This document shows positions 28,301 to 40,300 of a stretch of DNA of 64,000 bases, one piece after another. Location of the stretch: assembly GCF_009914755.1 (NCBI RefSeq), contig NC_060927.1. One strand, 5' to 3'. Both the position numbers and the translations under genes were made by a program. The first letter of the stretch is position 1. Each line of letters opens with the position of its first letter. The DNA comes from the human T2T-CHM13v2.0 reference genome, Homo sapiens. Below the pieces are notes generated by a model. It was not told the origin of the DNA, did not search any database, and saw only the letters and a list, made by a program, of their open reading frames with translations.

Positions 28301-31300
28301 CCTTTCGATAGAGCAGTTCTGTAACTCTCTTTTTGTAGAATTTCCAAGTGGATATTTAGCGCCGTTTGAGGCCAATGGTGGAAAAGGCAATATCTTCATA
28401 GAAAAACTAGACAGAATGATTCTCAGAAACTACTTTGTGATGTGTGCCTTCAACTCACAGAGTTTAACCTTTCTTTTGATAGAGCAGTTTTGAAAAACTC
28501 TTTTTGTAGAATCTGCAAGTGTATATTGGGACTTTTCTGAGGCCATCTTTGGAAACGGGATTTCTTCATATAAAACTTGAAAGAAGAATCCTCAGAAAAT
28601 TATTTGTGATATGTGCATTTAACTCATGGAGTTGAAACTTCCTTTCGATAGAAGAGTTTTGAAATACTCTTTTTGTTGAATTTCCAAGTGGATTTTTACA
28701 GCGGTTTGAGGTCTATGGCAGCAAAAGAAATATCTTCACAGAAAAACTAGACAGATTCATTCTCCGAAGCTGTTTTGTGATGCTTGCATTCAGCTGACAG
28801 AGTTTAAACTTCCTTTGATAGAGCAGTTTGGAAACACTCTTTTTGTGGAATTTGCAAGTGTATATTTAGAGCGCTTTGAGGCCTACAGTAGGAAAGGAAA
28901 TATCTTCACCTAAAAACTAGACAGAAGTATTGTCAGAAACTTATTTGTGATATTTGCATTCAACGCACGGAGTTGAACATTCCTCTTGATGGAGCCGTTT
29001 TGAAGCACTCTTTTTGTGGAATCTGCAAGTGGATATTTGGACCTCTTTGTGGCCTTCGTGTGAAACGTGATTTCTTCATTTACAACTAGACAGAAGAATT
29101 CTCAGAAACTTCTTTGTGATGTGTACTTTCAACTCACAGAGTTGAAGCTTCCTTTCAATAGAGCACTTTTGAAACTCAGTTTCTGTAGAATTTCCAGGTG
29201 GATATTTAGCGCCGTTTGAGGCCTATGGTGGAAAAGGCAATATCTTCGTAGAAAAACTAGACAGAATGATTCTCAGAAACAACTTTGTGATGTGTGCGTT
29301 CAACTCACAGAGTTTAACCTTTCTTTTGATAGACCAGTTATGAAACACTCTTTTTGTAGAATCTGCAAGTAAATATTTGGACTTTTTTGAGGCCTTCATT
29401 GGAAACGGGATCTCTTCATACAAACCTTGACAGAAGAATTCCCAGAAACTTCTCTGTGATGTGTGCATTTAACTCTCAGAGTTCAACCTTCCTTTTGATA
29501 GAAGAGGGTTGAAATTTTCTTTTTGTAGAATTTCCAAGTGAATATTTAGAGCGGTTTCAGGCCTAAGTAGAAGAGAAAGTATCTTCACAGAAAAACTAGA
29601 CATAATTGTTCTCTGAAGCTACTTTGTGATGTGCGCATTCAGCTTACAGAGTTTAACCTTTCTTTGGATCGAGCGGTTTTAAACACTCTTTTTGTGGAAT
29701 TTGCAATTCTATATTTAGAGTGCTTTCATGCCTGTGGTACGAAGGGAATGTCCTCACATAAAATCTAGACAGAAGCATTGTCGGAAACTACTTTGTGATA
29801 CCTGCCTTCAACTCTCAGAGTTGAATGTTCCTCTTGATGGAGCAGTTTTGAAAAACTCTTTTTGTTGAATCTCCAAGTGGATATTTGGACCTCTTTAGGG
29901 CCTTCGTTTGAGACGTGACTTCTTCATACAAAAGTAGACAGAAGAATTCTCATCAACTTCTTCGTGATGTGTGCTTTCAACTCGCAGCGTTGAAGCTTCC
30001 TTTCGATAGAGCAGTTGTGTAACTCTCTTTTTGTAGAATTTCCAAGTGGATATTTAGCGCCGTTTGAGGCCAATGGTGGAAAAGGCAATATCTTCATAGA
30101 AAAACTAGACAGAATGATTCTCAGAAACTACTTTGTGATGTGTGCCTTCAACTCACAGAGTTTAACCTTTCTTTTGATAGAGCAGTTTTGAAAAACTCTT
30201 TTTGTAGAATCTGTAAGTGTATATTGGGACTTTTCTGAGGCCATCTTTGGAAACGGGATTTCTTCAGATAAAACTTGAAAGAAGAATCCTCAGAAAATTA
30301 TTTGTGATATGTGCATTTAACTCATGGAGTTGAAACTTCCTTTCGATAGAAGAGTTTTGAAATACTCTTTTTGTAGAATTCCCAAGTGGATTTTTACAGC
30401 GGTTTGAGGTCTATGGCAGCAAAAGAAATATCTTCACAGAAAAACTAGGCAGATTCATTCTCCGAAGCTGTTTTGTGATGCTTGCATTCAGCTGACAGAG
30501 TTTAAACTTCCTTTGATAGAGCAGTTTTGAAACACTCTTTTTGTGGAATTTGCAAGTGTATATTTAGAGCGTTTTGAGGCCTACAGTAGGAAAGGAAATA
30601 TCTTCACCTAAAAACTAGACAGAAGTATTGTCAGAAACTTATTTGTGATATTTGCATTCAACGCACGGAGTTGAACATTCCTCTTGATGGAGCCGTTTTG
30701 AAGCACTCTTTTTGTGGAATCTGCAAGTGGATATTTGGACCTCTTTGTGGCCTTCGTGTGAAACGTGATTTCTTCATTTACAACTAGACAGAAGAATTCT
30801 CAGAAACTTCTTTGTGATGTGTACTTTCAACTCACAGAGTTGAAGCTTCCTTCCAATAGAGCACTTTTGAAACTCAGTTTCTGTAGAATTTCCAGGTGGA
30901 TATTTAGCGCCGTTTGAGGCCTATGGTGGAAAAGGCAATATCTTCGTAGAAAAACTAGACAGAATGATTCTCAGAAACAACTTTGTGATGTGTGCGTTCA
31001 ACTCACGGAGTTTAACCTTTCTTTTGATAGACCAGTTATGAAACACTCTTTTTGTAGAATCTGCAAGTAAATATTTAGACTTATTTGAGGCCTTCATTGG
31101 AAACGGTATCTCTTCATATAAACCTTGACAGAAGAATTCCCAGAAACTTCTCTGTGATGTGTGCATTTAACTCTCAGAGTTCAACCTTCCTTTTGATAGA
31201 AGAGGGTTGAAATTTTCTTTTTGTAGAATTTCCAAGTGAATATTTAGAGCGGATTCAGGCCTAAGTAGAAGAGAAAGTATCTTCACAGAAAAACTAGACA

Positions 31301-34300
31301 TAATTGTTCTCTGAAGCTACTTTGTGATGTGCGCATTCAGCTTACAGAGTTTAACCTTTCTTTGGATCGAGCGGTTTTAAACACTCTTTTTGTGGAATTT
31401 GCAATTCTATATTTAGAGTGCTTTCAGGCCTGTGGTACAAAAGGGAATGTCCTCACATAAAATCTAGACAGAAGCATTGTCGGAAACTACTTTGTGATAC
31501 CTGCCTTCAACTCTCAGAGTTGAATGTTCCTCTTGATGGAGCAGTTTTGAAAAACTCTTTTTGTTGAATCTCCAAGTGGATATTTGGACCTCTTTGTGGC
31601 CTTCGTTTGAGACGTGACTTCTTCATACAAAAGTAGACAGAAGAATTCTCATCAACTTCTTCGTGATGTGTGCTTTCAACTCGCAGCGTTGAAGCTTCCT
31701 TTCGATAGAGCAGTTCTGTAACTCTCTTTTTGTAGAATTTCCAAGTGGATATTTAGCGCCGTTTGAGGCCAATGGTGGAAAAGGCAATATCTTCATAGAA
31801 ATACTAGACAGAATGATTCTCAGAAACTACTTTGTGATGTGTGCCTTCAACTCACAGAGTTTAACCTTTCTTTTGATAGAGCAGTTTTGAAAAACTCTTT
31901 TTGTAGAATCTGCAAGTGTATATTGGGACTTTTCTGAGACCATCTTTGGAAACGGGATTTCTTCATATAAAACTTGAAAGAAGAATCCTCAGAAAATTAT
32001 TTGTGATATGTGCATTTAACTCATGGAGTTGAAACTTCCTTTCGATAGAAGAGTTTTGAAATACTCTTTTTGTAGAATTCCCAAGTGGATTTTTACAGCG
32101 GTTTGAGGTCTATGGCAGCAAAAGAAATATCTTCACAGAAAAACTAGGCAGATTCATTCTCCGAAGCTGTTTTGTGATGCTTGCATTCAGCTGACAGAGT
32201 TTAAACTTCCTTTGATAGAGCAGTTTGGAAACACTCTTTTTGTGGAATTTGCAAGTGTATATTTAGAGCGTTTTGAGGCCTACAGTAGGAAAGGAAATAT
32301 CTTCACCTAAAAACTAGACAGAAGTATTGTCAGAAACTTATTTGTGATATTTGCATTCAACGCACGGAGTTGAACATTCCTCTTGATGGAGCCGTTTTGA
32401 AGCACTCTTTTTGTGGAATCTGCAAGTGGATATTTGGACCTCTTTGTGGCCTTCGTGTGAAACGTGATTTCTTCATTTACAACTAGACAGAAGAATTCTC
32501 AGAAACTTCTTTGTGATGTGTACTTTCAACTCACAGAGTTGAAGCTTCCTTTCAATAGAGCACTTTTGAAACTCAGTTTCTGTAGAATTTCCAGGTGGAT
32601 ATTTAGCGCCGTTTGAGGCCTATGGTGGAAAAGGCAATATCTTCGTAGAAAAACTAGACAGAATGATTCTCAGAAACAACTTTGTGATGTGTGCGTTCAA
32701 CTCACGGAGTTTAACCTTTCTTTTGATAGACCAGTTATGAAACACTCTTTTTGTAGAATCTGCAAGTAAATATTTGGACTTTTTTGAGGCCTTCATTGGA
32801 AACGGGATCTCCTCATATAAACCTTGACAGAAGAATTCCCAGAAACTTCTCTGTGATGTGTGCATTTAACTCTCAGAGTTCAACCTTCCTTTTCATAGAA
32901 GAGGGTTGAAATTTTCTTTTTGTAGAATTTCCAAGTGAATATTTAGAGCGGTTTCAGGCCTAAGTAGAAGAGAAAATATCTTCACAGAAAAACTAGACAT
33001 AATTGTTCTCTGAAGCTACTTTGTGATGTGCGCATTCAGCTTACAGAGTTTAACCTTTCTTTGGATCGAGCGGTTTTAAACACTCTTTTTGTGGAATTTG
33101 CAATTCTATATTTAGAGTGCTTTCAGGCCTGTGGTACAAAAGGGAATGTCCTCACATAAAATCTCGACAGAAGCATTGTCGGAAACTACTTTGTGATACC
33201 TGCCTTCAACTCTCAGAGTTGAATGTTCCTCTTGATGGAGCAGTTTTGAAAAACTCTTTTTGTTGAATCTCCAAGTGGATATTTGGACCTCTTTGGGGCC
33301 TTCGTTTGAGACGTGACTTCTTCATACAAAAGTAGACAGAAGAATTCTCATCAACTTCTTCGTGATGTGTGCTTTCAACTCGCAGCGTTGAAGCTTCCTT
33401 TCGATAGAGCAGTTCTGTAACTCTCTTTTTGTAGAATTTCCAAGTGGATATTTAGCGCCGTTTGAGGCCAATGGTGGAAAAGGCAATATCTTCATAGAAA
33501 AACTAGACAGAATGATTCTCAGAAACTACTTTGTGATGTGTGCCTTCAACTCACAGAGTTTAACCTTTCTTTTGATAGAGCAGTTTTGAAAAACTCTTTT
33601 TGTAGAATCTGCAAGTGTATATTGGGACTTTTCTGAGGCCATCTTTGGAAACGGGATTTCTTCATATAAAACTTGAAAGAAGAATCCTCAGAAAATTATT
33701 TGTGATATGTGCATTTAACTCATGGAGTTGAAACTTCCTTTCGATAGAAGAGTTTTGAAATACTCTTTTTGTTGAATTTCCAAGTGGATTTTTACAGCGG
33801 TTTGAGGTCTATGGCAGCAAAAGAAATATCTTCACAGAAAAACTAGGCAGATTCATTCTCCGAAGCTGTTTTCTGATGCTTGCATTCAGCTGACAGAGTT
33901 TAAACTTCCTTTGATAGAGCAGTTTGGAAACACTCTTTTTGTGGAATTTGCAAGTGTATATTTAGAGCGCTTTGAGGCCTACAGTAGGAAAGGAAATATC
34001 TTCACCTAAAAACTAGACAGAAGTATTGTCAGAAACTTATTTGTGATATTTGCATTCAACGCACGGAGTTGAACATTCCTCTTGATGGAGCCGTTTTGAA
34101 GCACTCTTTTTGTGGAATCTGCAAGTGGATATTTGGACCTCTTTGTGGCCTTCGTGTGAAACGTGATTTCTTCATTTACAACTAGACAGAAGAATTCTCA
34201 GAAACTTCTTTGTCATGTGTACTTTCAACTCACAGAGTTGAAGCTTCCTTTCAATAGAGCACTTTTGAAACTCAGTTTCTGTAGAATTTCCAGGTGGATA

Positions 34301-37300
34301 TTTAGCGCCGTTTGAGGCCTATGGTGGAAAAGGCAATATCTTCGTAGAAAAACTAGACAGAATGATTCTCAGAAACAACTTTGTGATGTGTGCGTTCAAC
34401 TCACGGAGTTTAACCTTTCTTTTGATAGACCAGTTATGAAACACTCTTTTTGTAGAATCTGCAAGTAAATATTTGGACTTTTTTGAGGCCTTCATTGGAA
34501 ACGGGATCTCCTCATATAAACCTTGACAGAAGAATTCCCAGAAACTTCTCTGTGATGTGTGCATTTAACTCTCAGAGTTCAACCTTCCTTTTGATAGAAG
34601 AGGGTTGAAATTTTCTTTTTGTAGAATTTCCAAGTGAATATTTAGAGCGGTTTCAGGCCTAAGTAGAAGAGAAAATATCTTCACAGAAAAACTAGACATA
34701 ATTGTTCTCTGAAGCTACTTTGTGATGTGCGCATTCAGCTTACAGAGTTTAACCTTTCTTTGGATCGAGCGGTTTTAAACACTCTTTTTGTGGAATTTGC
34801 AATTCTATATTTAGAGTGCTTTCAGGCCTGTGGTACAAAAGGGAATGTCCTCACATAAAATCTCGACAGATGCATTGTCGGAAACTACTTTGTGATACCT
34901 GCCTTCAACTCTCAGAGTTGAATGTTCCTCTTGATGGAGCAGTTTTGAAAAACTCTTTTTGTTGAATCTCCAAGTGGATATTTGGACCTCTTTGGGGCCT
35001 TCGTTTGAGACGTGACTTCTTCATACAAAAGTAGACAGAAGAATTCTCATCAACTTCTTCGTGATGTGTGCTTTCAACTCGCAGCGTTGAAGCTTCCTTT
35101 CGATAGAGCAGTTCTGTAACTCTCTTTTTGTAGAATTTCCAAGTGGATATTTAGCGCCGTTTGAGGCCAATGGTGGAAAAGGCAATATCTTCATAGAAAA
35201 ACTAGACAGAATGATTCTCAGAAACTACTTTGTGATGTGTGCCTTCAACTCACAGAGTTTAACCTTTCTTTTGATAGAGCAGTTTTGAAAAACTCTTTTT
35301 GTAGAATCTGCAAGTGTATATTGGGACTTTTCTGAGGCCATCTTTGGAAACGGGATTTCTTCAGATAAAACTTGAAAGAAGAATCCTCAGAAAATTATTT
35401 GTGATATGTGCATTTAACTCATGGAGTTGAAACTTCCTTTCGATAGAAGAGTTTTGAAATACTCTTTTTGTAGAATTTCCAAGTGGATTTTTACAGCGGT
35501 TTGAGGTCTATGGCAGCAAAAGAAATATCTTCACAGAAAAACTAGGCAGATTCATTCTCCGAAGCTGTTTTCTGATGCTTGCATTCAGCTGACAGAGTTT
35601 AAACTTCCTTTGATAGAGCAGTTTGGAAACACTCTTTTTGTGGAATTTCAAGTGTATATTTAGAGCGTTTTGAGGCCTACAGTAGGAAAGGAAATATCTT
35701 CACCTAAAAACTAGACAGAAGTATTGTCAGAAACTTATTTGTGATATTTGCATTCAACGCACGGAGTTGAACATTCCTCTTGATGGAGCCGTTTTGAAGC
35801 ACTCTTTTTGTGGAATCTGCAATTGGATATTTGGACCTCTTTGTGGCCTTCGTGTGAAACGTGATTTCTTCATTTACAACTAGACAGAAGAATTCTCAGA
35901 AACTTCTTTGTGATGTGTACTTTCAACTCACAGAGTTGAAGCTTCCTTTCAATAGAGCACTTTTGAAACTCAGTTTCTGTAGAATTTCCAGGTGGATATT
36001 TAGCGCCGTTTGAGGCCTATGGTGGAAAAGGCAATATCTTCGTAGAAAAACTAGACAGAATGATTCTCAGAAACAACTTTGCGATGTGTGCGTTCAACTC
36101 ACGGAGTTTAACCTTTCTTTTCATAGACCAGTTATGAAACACTCTTTTTGTAGAATCTGCAAGTAAATATTTGGACTTTTTTGAGGCCTTCATTGGAAAC
36201 GGGATCTCTTCATATAAACCTTGACAGAAGAATTTCCAGAAACTTCTCTGTGATGTGTGCATTTAACTCTCAGAGTTCAACCTTCCTTTTGATAGAAGAG
36301 GGTTGAAATATTCTTTTTGTAGAATTTCCAAGTGAATATTTAGAGCGGTTTCAGGCCTAAGTAGAAGAGAAAATATCTTCACAGAAAAACTAGACATAAT
36401 TGTTCTCTGAAGCTACTTTGTGATGTGCGCATTCAGCTTACAGAGTTTAACCTTTCTTTGGATCGAGCGGTTTTAAACACTCTTTTTGTGGAATTTGCAA
36501 TTCTATATTTAGAGTGCTTTCAGGCCTGTGGTACAAAAGGGAATGTCCTCACATAAAATCTAGACAGAAGCATTGTCGGAAACTACTTTGTGATACCTGC
36601 CTTCAACTCTCAGAGTTGAATGTTCCTCTTGATGGAGCAGTTTTGAAAAACTCTTTTTGTTGAATCTCCAAGTGGATATTTGGACCTCTTTGTGGCCTTC
36701 GTTTGAGACGTGACTGCTTCATACAAAAGTAGACAGAAGAATTCTCATCAACTTCTTCGTGATGTGTGCTTTCAACTCGCAGCGTTGAAGCTTCCTTTCG
36801 ATAGAGCAGTTCTGTAACTCTCTTTTTGTAGAATTTCCAAGTGGATATTTAGCGCCGTTTGAGGCCAATGGTGGAAAAGGCAATATCTTCATAGAAAAAC
36901 TAGACAGAATGATTCTCAGAAACTACTTTGTGATGTGTGCCTTCAACTCACAGAGTTTAACCTTTCTTTTGATAGAGCAGTTTTGAAAAACTCTTTTTGT
37001 AGAATCTGCAAGTGTATATTGGGACTTTTCTGAGGCCATCTTTGGAAACGGGATTTCTTCATATAAAACTTGAAAGAAGAATCCTCAGAAAATTATTTGT
37101 GATATGTGCATTTAACTCATGGAGTTGAAACTTCCTTTCGATAGAAGAGTTTTGAAATACTCTTTTTGTAGAATTTCCAAGTGGATTTTTACAGCGGTTT
37201 GAGGTCTATGGCAGCAAAAGAAATATCTTCACAGAAAAACTAGGCAGATTCATTCTCCGAAGCTGTTTTCTGATGCTTGCATTCAGCTGACAGAGTTTAA

Positions 37301-40300
37301 ACTTCCTTTGATACAGCAGTTTGGAAACACTCTTTTTGTGGAATTTGCAAGTGTATATTTAGAGCGTTTTGAGGCCTACAGTAGGAAAGGAAATATCTTC
37401 ACCTAAAAACTAGACAGAAGTATTGTCAGAAACTTATTTGTGATATTTGCATTCAACGCACGGAGTTGAACATTCCTCTTGATGGAGCCGTTTTGAAGCA
37501 CTCTTTTTGTGGAATCTGCAATTGGATATTTGGACCTCTTTGTGGCCTTCGTGTGAAACGTGATTTCTTCATTTACAACTAGACAGAAGAATTCTCAGAA
37601 ACTTCTTTGTGATGTGTACTTTCAACTCACAGAGTTGAAGCTTCCTTTCAATAGAGCACTTTTGAAACTCAGTTTCTGTAGAATTTCCAGGTGGATATTT
37701 AGCGCCGTTTGAGGCCTATGGTGGAAAAGGCAATATCTTCGTAGAAAAACTAGACAGAATGATTCTCAGAAACAACTTTGTGATGTGTGCGTTCAACTCA
37801 CGGAGTTTAACCTTTCTTTTCATAGACCAGTTATGAAACACTCTTTTTGTAGAATCTGCAAGTAAATATTTGGACTTTTTTGAGGCCTTCATTGGAAACG
37901 GGATCTCTTCATATAAACCTTGACAGAAGAATTTCCAGAAACTTCTCTGTGATGTGTGCATTTAACTCTCAGAGTTCAACCTTCCTTTTGATAGAAGAGG
38001 GTTGAAATATTCTTTTTGTAGAATTTCCAAGTGAATATTTAGAGCGGTTTCAGGCCTAAGTAGAAGAGAAAATATCTTCACAGAAAAACTAGACATAATT
38101 GTTCTCTGAAGCTACTTTGTGATGTGCGCATTCAGCTTACAGAGTTTAACCTTTCTTTGGATCGAGCGGTTTTAAACACTCTTTTTGTGGAATTTGCAAT
38201 TCTATATTTAGAGTGCTTTCAGGCCTGTGGTACAAAAGGGAATGTCCTCACATAAAATCTAGACAGAAGCATTGTCGGAAACTACTTTGTGATACCTGCC
38301 TTCAACTGTCAGAGTTGAATGTTCCTCTTGATGGAGCAGTTTTGAAAAACTCTTTTTGTTGAATCTCCAAGTGGATATTTGGACCTCTTTGTGGCCTTCG
38401 TTTGAGACGTGACTGCTTCATACAAAAGTAGACAGAAGAATTCTCATCAACTTCTTCGTGATGTGTGCTTTCAACTCGCAGCGTTGAAGCTTCCTTTCGA
38501 TAGAGCAGTTCTGTAACTCTCTTTTTGTAGAATTTCCAAGTGGATATTTAGCGCCGTTTGAGGCCAATGGTGGAAAAGGCAATATCTTCATAGAAAAACT
38601 AGACAGAATGATTCTCAGAAACTACTTTGTGATGTGTGCCTTCAACTCACAGAGTTTAACCTTTCTTTTGATAGAGCAGTTTTGAAAAACTCTTTTTGTA
38701 GAATCTGCAAGTGTATATTGGGACTTTTCTGAGGCCATCTTTGGAAACGGGATTTCTTCATATAAAACTTGAAAGAAGAATCCTCAGAAAATTATTTGTG
38801 ATATGTGCATTTAACTCATGGAGTTGAAACTTCCTTTCGATAGAAGAGTTTTGAAATACTCTTTTTGTAGAATTTCCAAGTGGATTTTTACAGCGGTTTG
38901 AGGTCTATGGCAGCAAAAGAAATATCTTCACAGAAAAACTAGGCAGATTCATTCTCCGAAGCTGTTTTGTGATGCTTGCATTCAGCTGACAGAGTTTAAC
39001 CTTCCTTTGATAGAGCAGTTTTGAAACACTCTTTTTGTGGAATTTGCAAGTGTATATTTAGAGCGTTTTGAGGCCTACAGTAAGAAAGGAAATATCTTCA
39101 CCTAAAAACTAGACAGAAGTATTGTCAGAAACTTATTTGTGATATTTGCATTCAACGCACGGAGTTGAACATTCCTCTTGATGGAGCCGTTTTGAAGCAC
39201 TCTTTTTGTGGAATCTGCAAGTGGATATTTGGACCTCTTTGTGGCCTTCGTGTGAAACGTGATTTCTTCACTTACAACTAGACAGAAAAATTCTCAGAAA
39301 CTTCTTTGTGATGTGTACTTTCAACTCACAGAGTTGAAGCTTCCTTTCAATAGAGCACTTTTGAAACTCAGTTTCTGTAGAATTTCCAGGTGGATATTTA
39401 GCGCCGTTTGAGGCCTATGGTGGAAAAGGCAATATCTTCGTAGAAAAAGTAGACAGAATGATTCTCAGAAACAACTTTGTGATGTGTGCGTTCAACTCAC
39501 GGAGTTTAACCTTTCTTTTCATAGACCAGTTATGAAACACTCTTTTTGTAGAATCTGCAAGTAAATATTTGGACTTTTTTGAGGCCTTCATTGGAAACGG
39601 GATCTCTTCATATAAACCTTGACAGAAGAATTCCCAGAAACTTCTCTGTGATGTGTGCATTTAACTCTCAGAGTTCAACCTTCCTTTTGATAGAAGAGGG
39701 TTGAAATTTTCTTTTTGTAGAATTTCCAAGTGAATATTTAGAGCGGATTCAGGCCTAAGTAGAAGAGAAAATATCTTCACAGAAAAACTAGACATAATTG
39801 TTCTCTGAAGCTACTTTGTGATGTGCGCATTCAGCTTACAGAGTTTAACCTTTCCTTGGATCGAGCGGTTTTAAACACTCTTTTTGTGGAATTTGCAATT
39901 CTATATTTAGAGTGCTTTCAGGCCTCTGGTACAAAAGGGAACGTCCTCACATAAAATCTAGACAGAAGCATTGTTGGAAACAACTTTGTGATACCTGCCT
40001 TCAACTCTCAGAGTTGAATGTTCCTCTTGATGGAGCAGTTTTGAAAAACTCTTTTTGTTGAATCTCCAAGTGGATATTTGGACCTCTCTGTGGCCTTCGT
40101 TTGAGACTTGACTGCTTCATACAAAAATTGACAGAAGAATTCTCATCAACTTCTTCGTGATGTGTGCTTTCAACTCGTAGCGTTGAAGCTTCCTTTCGAT
40201 AGAGCAGTTGTGTAACTCTCTTTTTGTAGAATTTCCAAGTGGATATTTAGCGCCGTTTGAGGCCAATGGTGGAAAAGGCAATATCTTCATAGAAAAACTA

